From assembly GCA_001643675.2 (NCBI GenBank), contig LSRY02000043.1, forward strand, positions 1-64,000: 64,000 nt of DNA. The letters are read 5' to 3'. A program made the position numbers and the translations under genes. Within the stretch, counting starts at the first letter, position 1. Each line of letters begins with the position of its first letter. Positions 1 through 12,100 of this stretch are shown one piece after another. The notes below the pieces were generated by a model, which saw only the letters and a list, made by a program, of their open reading frames with translations, was not told the DNA's origin and searched no databases. The stretch is from Monocercomonoides exilis PA203 (taxonomy: Eukaryota; Protista; Preaxostyla).

Positions 1-761
1 AAACCCTAACCCTAACCCTAACCCTAACCCTAACCCTAACCCTAACTCCTAACCCTTCTAACTCCTAATTCCTAACCCTAACCCTAACTCCTAACCCTAA
101 CTCCTCAACTCCTAACCCTAACCCTAACTCTTAACCCTAACCCTAACCCTAACCCTAACCTCAACTCCTAACCCTAATCCTAACCCCTAACCCTAACTCC
201 TAACTCCTAACCCAACTCCACCCTAACCCTAACCCTAACCCTAACCCTAACCCTAACCCTAACCCTAACTCCTAACCCTAACCCTAACCTAACCCTAACC
301 TTAACCTAACCCTAACCCTGCACCCTAACCCCTAACCCCAACCCTTAACCCTAACCCTAACCCTAACCCTAACCTAACCCTAACCTAACCCTAACCTAAC
401 CCTAACCCTAACCCTAACCCTAACCCTAACCCTAACCCTAACCCTAACCCTAACCCTAACCCTAACCCTAACCCTAACCCTAACCCTAACCCTAACCCTA
501 ACCCTAACCTAACCCTAACCCTAACCCTAACCCTAACCCTAACCCTAACCCTAACCCTAACCCTAACCTAACCCTAACCCTAACCCTAACCCTAACCCTA
601 ACCTAACCCTAACCTAACCCTAACCCTAACCCTAACCCTAACCTAACCCTAACCCTAACCCTAACCCTAACCTAACCCTAACCCTAACCCTAACCTAGTT
701 TAACCCCCTAACCCTAACCCTAACCCTAACCCTAACCCTAACCCTAACCCTAACCCTAACC

Positions 762-802
<41 letters not shown>

Positions 803-2703
803 CCCTAACCCTAACCCTAACCCTAACCCTAACCCTAACCCTAACCCTAACCCTAACCCTAACCCTAACCCTAACCTAACCCTAACCCTAACCCTAACCC
901 TAACCTAACCCTAACCCTAACCCTAACCTAACCCTAACCTAACCCTAACCCTAACCCTAACCCTAACCCTAACCCTAACCCTAACCTAGTTTGAACCCTA
1001 ACCTAACCTAACCCTAACCCTAACCTAACCCTAACCCTAACCCTAACCTAACCCTAACCCAACCCTAACCCTAACCCTAACCCTAACCCTAACCCTAACC
1101 CTAACCCTAACCCTAACCCTAACCCTAACCCTAACCCTAACCCTAACCCTAACCCTAACCCTAACCCTAACCCTAACCCTAACCCTAACCCTAACCCTAA
1201 CCTAACCCTAACCTAGTTTGAACCCTAACCCTAACCCTAACCTAACCCTAACCCTAACCCTAACCTAACCCTAACCCTAACCCTAACCTAACCCTAACCC
1301 TAACCCTAACCCTAACCCTAACCCTAACCCTAACCCTAACCTAGTTTGAACCCTAACCCTAACCCTAACCCTAACCCTAACCCTAACCCTAACCCTAACC
1401 CTAACCCTAACCCTAACCCTAACCCTAACCTAACCTAACCCTAACCCTAACCCTAACCCTAACCCTAACCCTAACCCTAACCCTAACCCTAACCCTAACC
1501 CTAACCTAACCCTAACCCTAACCCTAACCCTAACCCTAACCCTAACCTAACCCTAACCCTAACCCTAACCCTAACCCTAACCCTAACCCTAACCCTAACC
1601 CTAACCCTAACCCTAACCCTAACCTAACCCTAACCCTAACCCTAACCCTAACCCTAACCCTAACCCTAACCCTAACCCTAACCCTAACCCTAACCCTAAC
1701 CTAACCCTAACCCTAACCCTAACCTAACCCTAACCCTAACCCTAACCTAACCCTAACCCTAACCCTAACCCTAACCCTAACCCTAACCCTAACCCTAACC
1801 TAACCCTAACCCTAACCTAACCCTAACCCTAACCCTAACCCTAACCCTAACCCTAACCCTAACCCTAACCCTAACCCTAACCCTAACCCTAACCCTAACC
1901 CTAACCCTAACCCTAACCCTAACCCTAACCCTAACCCTAACCCTAACCCTAACCCTAACCCTAACCCTAACCCTAACCCTAACCCCTAACCCTAACCCTA
2001 ACCCTAACCCTAACCCTAACCCTAACCCTAACCCTAACCCTAACCCTAACCCTAACCCTAACCCTAACCCTAACCCTAACCTAACCCTAACCCTAACCCT
2101 AACCCTAACCCTAACCTAACCCTAACCCTAACCCTAACCCTAACCCTAACCCTAACCCTAACCCCTAACCCTAACCCTAACCCTAACCCTAACCCTAACC
2201 CTAACCCTAACCCTAACCCTAACCCTAACCCTAACCCTAACCTAGTTTGAACCCTAACCCTAACCCTAACCCTAACCCTAACCCTAACCCTAACCCTAAC
2301 CCTAACCCTAACCCTAACCCTAACCCTAACCCTAACCTAACCCTAACCCTAACCCTAACCCTAACCTAACCCTAACCTAACCCTAACCCTAACCCTAACC
2401 CTAACCCTAACCCTAACCCTAACCCTAACCCTAACCTAACCCTAACCCTAACCCTAACCCTAACCCTAACCCTAACCCCTAACCCTAACCCTAACCCTAA
2501 CCCTAACCCTAACCCTAACCCTAACCCTAACCCTAACCCTAACCCTAACCTAACCTAACCCTAACCCTAACCCTAACCCTAACCCTAACCCTAACCCTAA
2601 CCCTAACCCTAACCCTAACCCTAACCCTAACCTAACCCTAACCCTAACCCTAACCCTAACCTAACCCTAACCCTAACCCTAACCCTAACCCTAACCCTAA
2701 CCC
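1..2703 (-). repeat. Telomeric repeat array (TTAGGG)n on the minus strand, chromosome end
   Basis: Continuous CCCTAA repeats from base 1 to ~2703, with frequent CCTAA 5-mer variants, CTCCTAA variants in the first ~270 bp and five CCTAGTTT(G) inserts. Confidence 0.99.
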
Positions 2704-3294
2704 ATTTATTTTTTCCTTTCCCAAATCAAAAAAGAACAGTTTTTTTATTTGGGGGGTAGTACTTCATCCATGGTATTATTAAGGCTTTCCAATCATCCGT
2801 CCTTAAAGTTTTTTTTCAATGTTTTTATATTCAATCATTCATACGTTAAAAACCCTTCAAAAGGTTTTAAGAGAATATCTATGAATTTTAAAACATTTAC
2901 TTGTGAGATTTTAGACGGACTTTTTTTTCGTTTCCTACTTAATCAAAAATTTTTTAATTGGACAATATTCAGAGTTAAGCCTCAGTAAATCGTGCAAACA
3001 AAACACTCTGAGACGCACAGCCCTCTGATAACTCGGATTCGTCTAATCCGTCCTTCTCAGGCATGACCCCTTTACCAATACTCTCATTTATCTTTACAAT
3101 AGCCAGGCATATGGTCCAGCGAATGAAACGATTAATTCCAAACTAATGAAATCCGTTTTATTACATTCACCATATGTTTTTATTGGACCAACCGTTCCGG
3201 CCAAATCTTTCAAAGGCGGTACAACCAATCCTTCAAGATCCTCGACTTGGAAATAAAATATCTCAATTTCCTTTTCTTATCCCCTTGTAAAGCA

Positions 3295-3797
3295 GTATAA
3301 TATAGAATCTCAGTCTATATACCAGCTTCCATCCACAAGGCATTTAAAGGAGATACAAGACCCATCACATTATATTCTAGTCATATATGTTATTCTACAG
3401 CTCACCTGGAAGATACGACCCCATTTACACACATCCCTTTTAACAGGATCTTCCCTTATCCAATCGTCGCCGACCGTAGATAGGAGGGTTGTCAATATCC
3501 TCGATGGCCATGGTCTTAATTTCCATATCTCTATTTTTATCTTTTAACATCAATTCCCTTTCTTAACAAAAGGCATGCCCAGGAGATTATCAATATAATC
3601 CTTCAATTGTCTTCTTATAATTCTCTGGAATAGATTCTGACTTAGAGGCGTTCAGTCATAATCTAACGTATGGTAGCTTCGCGGCACTAGTTTCTCAACT
3701 AACCGCAAATGCCAATTATACGATTCTAGGGTTCCTCTCGTACTTACTAGAATTACCATCTTGACAATAATTACACAATATCAGTAGGGTAAAACTA

Positions 3798-3835
<38 letters not shown>

Positions 3836-3962
3836 TGTTAGTGGGTGAACAATCCAACACTTGGCGAATTCTGCTTCGCAATGATAGGAAGAGCCGACAT
3901 CGAAGAATCAAAAAGCAACGTCGCTATGAACGCTTGGCTGCCACAAGCCAGTTATCCCTATG
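3295..3962 (-). rRNA. 3' portion (~670 nt) of a large-subunit (28S) rRNA gene, 5'-truncated, oriented toward the telomere
   Basis: Minus strand has the peptidyl-transferase region GGGATAACTGGCTTGTGGCAGCCAAGCGTTCATAGCGACGTTGCTTTTTGATTCTTCGATGTCGGCTC, then GAGCTGGGTTTAGACCGTCG, the sarcin-ricin loop AGTACGAGAGGAAC (~3741-3754), and GAACGCCTCTAAGTCAGAATC. The 3' end is estimated from a CTGAGATT motif at ~3305-3315. No recognisable rRNA upstream of ~3998. Confidence 0.93.
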
Positions 3963-5204
3963 TCCCCTCACTCACATGTTACAAAGGGGATAACTTTTAT
4001 TTTATAACTTGACATGACCCTGGCTGATCTTGACGATAATTAACCATAGGATATATGGATGGTTGACTAGATGATGTAGATAACTCGTTTAATTGATAGA
4101 CCTCTATTTGGTGAGAAAAAAATATTTTCTGGTTTGACTGAAAAATGACTGAAAAATCATTCAAAAATTCATATCTCCACAAATGCTGAAGATAATAACC
4201 TGATATTATTTCAATAAACAGTAGAAGTTATTGCCAACATAATACATATTTATATTTGAAATGAAAATTCTGAGTCAAATTTATTAAAAATCTTTTTATC
4301 TCATTTTCTGTGATATCCTGAGTGAAGAAAAGTCAATAAATGTGAATATTTTGTAATTTTTCATATTTTTTCTGTGTTTTGGAATATCACCGATAATTCA
4401 CAACTAAGATGTGGGTGAAAGTATTTGGCTCAATTCCCCTTCCCCACCGAGATACACTATTTTTAGTGTTTCGAAATTTTAGCTGATTTTTTTTTGTAAG
4501 TTTAACATGAAAAATCATAATTCAACACAAATCGAGTTGAAGTGAATAGAGCAACTCATCATTCAAGCTATAATGCATTTCACCTGATAAAATCAGGTCT
4601 TTATCGAAAAAAGTGAAAAAAAAACATCAAAATGCTCAGAAATGTCTTGAAAAAGGATTGGTTTTTTTTTTGGTAAATTGTTTTTTTCTAGTCATAATAA
4701 AAAATGCAACAAATGGTTCTATTTTTTTCAAAATATCCTTTTTATTCCATAGGATATAATAGTGTCATCTTTCAATTTTCCAAGAAATAATTATTTTTTA
4801 AAGAAAGAATTTTCATTTGTTTTAATTGTTTTGTCGAGGTTTGAAAAAAATCCGACTTTTCGAGACAATGCTTCTATTATAACTACGAGATAAGGGCATA
4901 TTTTCAATAAATAAATTCCAACTGTACACTTTGATAGAAAATAAAATTTGACTTGAGTTTTTGGGGAAAAAAACTTAAAATGTGCAAAGAAAAATGATGC
5001 AAGTGTTGCATATGCGTTTGGACTAAAAAAAAGTGTTTTTTTTTTCGAAAAATCTGAGCTTTTGAATTTTAATTACAGAAGAAAAAGATGATTTGAAAAT
5101 TCCTTTGTTTGTATCAAATTTGTTTTGTCTATTGTCATTCAAAGAATAGCTGAAAAAAAAAGTCAGTTTTTTTTATATGATATTAGTGATCTTTGTCAGT
5201 TTCT

Positions 5205-5236
5205 ATCTATCTCTCTCTCTATCTCCATCTCTATCT

Positions 5237-5291
<55 letters not shown>

Positions 5292-5306
5292 CTTTCTCTC
5301 TCTCTT
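5205..5306. repeat. Compound (CT)n/(TTTC)n microsatellite
   Basis: Directly visible simple repeat. Confidence 0.9.
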
Positions 5307-6107
5307 GGTGCTGGAATTCTGTTTTTTATTTTCATCCAGTTCTTCAAATACACACAAAATCGCTTTATTGCAAAACTTAAAACAAACAAAAATGTGATGT
5401 CACATAATCAATGATGAAAACATGACTATAAACAAATGACATGAACAGACTCTTTCTTCAAAATAAAATTCATTTCTCACATGTAGCACAGTTTTGAAAT
5501 ACAATAAGAAGGAAAAAGAAAGTGAGCACATGCTGAACAAAAGAAGAGAAAGCCTCAAAACTGATATAAACACACATAAATTGAATATCAACTTTGAATT
5601 GCAAGATGAACTCAAAAAAAGACAAGTCATCGAATTTAGGTTACAAGGATAATTGACTATTTACACATATAAGGGGAAAAAACAGATTCTTCACATCAAA
5701 AAATGTATGAAAAAAACAAAGAAAATGCAAAAGAGAATGACAGCCACCTCAGCCATCAGCCCAAGCCAGCTGCATAATAAATTTGCAAATTGAATTACAA
5801 ATAATAAAAGAATCAATAAAACAAATAAAATTGAACGAAGAAATAATACACATAAAAGAAAAAAAGAAAGCTCTCTGAAGCAATTGTTCATTAATGAAAA
5901 AAAATTTACTGTATTTTTATCGAAATTTTTGCATTTTTTAATCAGCATCTTCTGTGTTGATGTCCAGTGGTGATGCTTCCAATAAATCAAGAGCGTGTGT
6001 TCACAATCGGACACACATCATTCACTCAAACATTATAAAAATTGCTGTTTTTATTCATTATTCAAAATCTTCTTTAAATGTAATTTCTTTTCCTTAAATT
6101 CTTCTTT

Positions 6108-9100
6108 TCAGTTTCTCTCGTATTTGTTGTTTGGGCTGTTTCCTTCGCCAACTATAATATTGTCTTTGTTCTCTTCATTTAGAACACACTCCACTATTCT
6201 GCTGTCTCTTTGAAAACAATTTTCTCGTCTTTCTTCGTTGCTATCCCCTGCATAGCACAGAGCATCTGTCGCTGTCAGCATCGCTGCATTCGCTGGAAAC
6301 AGTCCAATGAATTCTCTCTTCATGCTTGAAAGCGAAACTCTGTCTGGCGTCTGCACCAGGACACTTTTCTCCACCACTCCTTTCAGCCGAGATCCCTCAA
6401 CTTTTTTCATATTCGGTCTCTCTCCATTCACTATCTTCTGCCCTGCCACCTCTGCCTCATACTCCCCAAACGGCACATCCAACGTCAGACACTCCCAAAG
6501 CATCATCCCAATCGAAAACACCACCGACTCCTTTGTTGCTCCCATCTTCTTGTTCATCTGCAACTCAGGTGCCTTCCACCTCAAACACTCTTTTTTGAAG
6601 TCATCCTCATCTTCAAACGCAGATGAGGGCAGAAAGTCATCATCATCATCGCTGGTTGAAGTCACAACAGTTGATGAGGAGATGGATGATGAATCCGAGT
6701 CATCATCTGACGAGCAGTCGGAGTGCATCACAATGCAGATCACCATGTGCTCTGAGAATAACACAATGTGCGGACTCAGGTTTGCAAGAGATGAAAGAGG
6801 ATTCTCCATTTCATCAAAGGAGTGAAGTGCAAGATTTGCCACCCAGAACAGGATCTGTGCAGCTGTTTGCTCCCTCTCCTTCAAGGAACCGATAGGCATC
6901 TCCTTTGTCTTATTCCTTCCATGCAGCAACATGAACAGCGAATCCCTCAAATCCACAATCAGCTTTTCATGTGGAGACGAGCAGGCCATTGCATCCACAA
7001 GGTTTGACATGGATGAGGTGGTTGGGCACAGACTCTCTGGTCGGATAAAAGTGGAATCTGTATCTGTCGTTGAAATGGATGAGATGGATGAAATTGATGG
7101 TGAAGGAGTTCGCTTTCTGGTCTCTTCCTCTTCTTCAACCTTCTCTAATGCCCATTCAGGAATCTTGTCCGAGTCTTTACCCAATATATATTCAGTCGAT
7201 CCACTTTCAGCCAGTAAGTGTTCTGACGATTCTGAATGTCCCAAACTTTTCGCATATACCCTCTTCTTAATTTTCTCATCGTTCTTCTTCTCAGCTTCCT
7301 TTTCCGCTCTCTTCCACTGCTCTTCTGGAGACATCTCCATTGTAACCATCTCAAATGCCTTCGGATCCTTTCTGATATTATCATTCACAATCTCTCTCAG
7401 ATCTTCTGCTTCACTCTTGACCTTCTTCCACCGAACAATAAATATAATAGATACAATAAGAACAATTAGTAATATGATACCCATGATTATTATAATTAAC
7501 AGCCAAAAGGATTTTCCTTCTTTGTTTCCTTCTTCAACAATCCTTTCATCTCCTTTTTGCTCAATCTCGCTTCTGTTCTTCAGGATGAACGATTCAGTTG
7601 CCGAGGGAGAATGACCATCTCCAAACAAGATGCACACCCTCACTTCTGCACTCGCCTCTGCTCCCCTTACCATCTCCAACCCAATTGTTCCATGCACTTC
7701 CTCTTCGCTCACAAACCCAGATTCACTTATTTCGTGTGTTTCAATCTGCTCAACATCTCCTACCGATGAAACAACTCGAAATGACAGGTTGCATGGCAGA
7801 AGAAGTGTGCCTCTGAACACAACGCCCAACACCCCTTCCTTCTCCTCGGTCTCCACCGATCGGAGTGTGGGGATAAACAGTGGTGATGCTCGCTCCTCAA
7901 CAATCCCCTTCAAACTGCATCCATCATTTAAGATCCAAAGAGAAGAATTGGGCATAACCCCATCTCCGCCTTTCAAGCTGGAAATGTTTAGTGAAGCAGA
8001 GTCTGAGCAAATGATGTTTCGATGAAGAGAAGGGTATTTTTCAATGAAAGGATTGTTGTTTGCTAGCATTCCCATCTCGATGACAGCCTTTCCTCCTTTT
8101 ATCGAAATACCTCCTTTCGATGAATTCTCGATTTTAATATCATTCACCTGCAAATTGGAGCCTTCAGAATGAACGAGAGATCCGTTCCATTTACATATTT
8201 CTTCAAAAGCATTTGCAATCTCAATTTCACTTTCTTTCGCAAGTGCTCCAGTAAATCGACTCAAATCCATCGAAAAATTCGATGCATTATTCACATTTAT
8301 TACGCTCCCTTTATCCGATAAAGAAATGCAATTTGAGCAGGAACAATTTGTGAAAGTAACATATGCAGACGATGAAGACACAGAAAGAACAGAAGCTCCT
8401 TCTGAGTTCCTTGAACAGTTATTGAACGAGGATATTCCAATAGAAATTGTTCCTGAAGCAGAATCTTGAATCGCAATGATACAGCCTTTAGATAGATTCA
8501 TTCCGTCAGCCACCACCCAATTAAATGCAACGCTTCCACAATTTCCAATCTCAAAAATATCAGTCTTTGCTTCAATCTGTTCCAATTTCACATTCGTCAA
8601 CGAAATTTCATTCCCACAAAACAGAAAAGAAGGCTTCTCGAAGAAAAGCATTGTTATTGTGCAGTTGTCAATGTGCAAATTTCCATTTTCAACTTTCAAC
8701 AAAGTCGAGTTAAGAACAACAGATTCAATGTTTTCTGATTGGCCAACAGAAGAAAAGTCAACAAACGAAAGAGAAAGTTGTCCGTTTGCTTCATGAATTA
8801 CAGAGCGACCTGAATACGAAAACAGCTGACCAATGCTGAATTTCAATCTTTCAATCCTAACGTTTCCCGATGTCCTGATTAGACTGCCTTCATTGAAATT
8901 AATTGTTGAGTTCAGATGCACCAAGGCGGCTGAAGGAGATTCCAATGAGCGGATTGTCACATCATGGACATCACATTTCCCAACAATTTCTGTTTGCCCC
9001 AAGATCAACAGCTGTGAATACAGAGATGGAATGATGTGCTGGACTCCAAAACTCAATGAGTGGCATGGCGTGTCGAACTCTCCACATTGCTTGCTATCTT

Positions 9101-12100
9101 CGTGATTCTCTGCAACAGATGACACAAATATTGTCTCGCTCTGATATCTCATAACCCTCAGCAAAAGATCCTCTTCCCCCACAAACGAGTCTGTTGTGCA
9201 GCCCCATATCGCCCGCTCCTTCACAAATGGCGCTCTGAAATCTAGCAAGAATTGCTCATCAACAATTTGTGTGTCAATTGAGTGGCATTTCACATACGCA
9301 TCTCTCCCTCTCAATGCAGAGTTGTCTCGAAATGTGATATTTGACAGAACAAAATTCAGTGGATGCTCAGCTGTTGAGGTGCATTCCAGAAATAGCCACC
9401 CACCTCTTCCTGTGTTGGAGCAGAAGCACTCAGAAATCGTGCAAAATGAGCAATCAAAGCTCCCTCCCTCATTCAACACATTAAACATCCCTCCTCCCTT
9501 TCCACACTTCAACCCTCCACATCTTTTCATCGTTGTGTTCCGAATCACCATTTTTAATGGCTCATCATTCTCATTTCGAATGATCGAGATGTTTTCTGTT
9601 GTGTCTTGGGTGACTTCTTCAAACAAACTCCACTCAATATTAATGTTTTTTTCTCCTTCATTGCTCCCTCTCTTCTCTCCAGCTGATCCCTTTGATATGC
9701 TCAATCCGCTTGCTCCTTCCACCTCAATATTCTTCATCGTCAGGTTTTTCGCATTCAACACCGTTGTTGACAACACAGAAATAACATCCTGCGAAAAGCT
9801 CAACAATTGCATTGTCACAAATTCCAGCACAACTGTCCCTCCTTCTGCCTTGATCAACCCATAATCTGTCAATTCTTCTCTCTCATCTCCTTTTTTGGCG
9901 AATGAGCAGTCTTTCACAGTCAATAATCCCTCGCTTGAGCCAACATGCATCAAAACATTCACTCCACTTGCGAATGAAGATGGAATCACAAACTTCATCA
10001 GCTCGAAACAGGTAATGCCACAAATCTTCATTGCTGCTCCTTCTGCTCCTTCAAGCGATGAGACACATTCCAATGAGCACATGCTGCTCTCATCCGATTT
10101 CACTGATATTCCACTCACATCAACACTCTTCTGAAGATACCCTTTTCCAATGATGTTGACATTCCTTTCATTTCCTTCTGGCAGTCTTGTCAACGAATGA
10201 TCCATCGACAGACACGGATAATCTGAGAATCCACACACACATACATCGCAACCTTCGCTCCCAATAAATATCTCTGAGCCAAGTGAGATCCAGAAATTGA
10301 CCAGCGGAATGGCATTCGTTGTGTCATTCCCATCAAAGCCCCTCATAGAATTCAATGAAATATCAGAAAGATGCCCAGTCACAAACGGAAGAGAGGTGTT
10401 TGTGATGCTCTTTGTCAAGTTTGGCGATTCTACAAACAGGTCATTTCCATATTTCGCAGCATTAGGTTTGTCTGCCTCAAAAACAGGGGATGAGATCACA
10501 AATGAAGAATAGTCATCGATCAACTTCAGTGCCATCCCTCCCCCAAAGCCAGCCATCTCTTCTCCAGCTGGTGCTGTGCATCCTGTGAATGTGCATGAAA
10601 CAATATTCATTTGAATGCTCCCTTTCAACTTTGCATTGATAGCCCCTCCTCTGCTTACATCTGCCAGCACTGAGCATCCATCAAAATCACATTCTTCAAT
10701 ATTTATTTCTCCATCTGTATTTTCATCATTGCTGTTATCGATGCTCACACATCCTCCACTTCCAGCTGCTCTGTCGATATCTGTGAAATTGCTGTTCGTC
10801 ATATTAAACCACAGAGTACTCATCAACTCGGTATTTGTGCTGCTTCCAGACAAAGAGATCAATGGATTTCCGCTCAAAGTGATTGACAAAGCTGAGAATG
10901 AATCAATTGTCAGGATTCCTGAGGCTATGGATAAGAATAAGGATACCGATTCTGATGAAGAATCTTGAAGAGTTAAAGAACATTGAGACAGCGTTAGTGA
11001 TGAAGAAGATGATGAAACAAAAGTGGAATGTGATGAAAAAGAAGAAGGAAGAGAGAAGATAAGACTTGACAATTCAGTTTCGATGGTTGCTGTTAACAAC
11101 GCTGAATTGGATGTTGTGCTTGCATCAGAGACAGTCCATCCACTTTGATCATCATTTCCTCGAATTTCATGTTTCTGTCCGGCAAAGGTCAATTCATCGT
11201 TCATAATTATCATTCCATTCACAATAATTTTCTTTGCCCCTGCAAGTCGTGTGAGAGAGTGCTTCAAAGTCAAACATGGGAATTGAACAATTCCACAGTG
11301 TGAATGATCGAATGATTCGATGTTACTCACATATATTTCTTCTGGGGTGGGGAGGAGATAGATGCACAGAGGAATGGCCACACTGTTGTTTCCGTTGTCA
11401 TATCCTCGAACTTTGTCAAATGAATCCAATGAATCTGTAACACACGAGATCTTTTGTGATTTTGCAGTCATTTCCAAATTTGGTGAGAAGACGAAGATAC
11501 AGCTTCCCCATTTGGCTGTGTTTGTTCCGAATGAAGAGGAGATCAGGAAATTGGGATTTTCATTCAATAATCGAAGAAGGATTCCTCCCCCAAATCCATA
11601 TGTTGCTGAGCAAAAGCATCCATCAAAAGATCCGCCTTTCACTTTCACTTCATTTCCATTCCCAACACACAGCATCATCGATCCCCCATCAGCCGATGTT
11701 CTGCTTCCACATCCTTCAAAAATGCAACAATTAAGATCAATGCTTGCCTTATCATTGGAAAACGACATCACTGCCGCTCCGCTCGTTGTTCTCTCAACCC
11801 CATAAAAGGTGCACTCTGAAAGTGTCAAGGAAATCTCATTTGTTGAAGAAAGTGAAAATAATGAAGTTGTAGAAATTGTCTTTGCCCAGTTCACATGTTC
11901 TATCTGAAACATCCCATTCTGTACATTAATCAGTTCTGTCGAAAAAGCTGTTTCTGACGTTTGCGTACTTCCAGCAGAAATGTTCAATCTGCTAATATGT
12001 ATTTCTCCTGTTCCAGTAATCTCAAACAGCCTTGAACCACGATTATTCAGATGAGCCGAGTCATGCACAAGAATAAGGTCACTAACAGTCAATGTGCCTG

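Noticed and set aside
40-330. CTCCTAA and other variants at the extreme distal telomere
   Set aside because: Confined to the contig tip, where coverage and base-calling are least reliable.
2701-2712. CCCATTTATTTT at the telomere junction also occurs at the half-palindrome end (~40083)
   Set aside because: A 12-bp AT-rich match is plausible by chance.
3963-4200. Group I intron core upstream of the LSU fragment
   Set aside because: No convincing P7 pairing or terminal G at a canonical site by eye. Kept only as a testable option in the findings.
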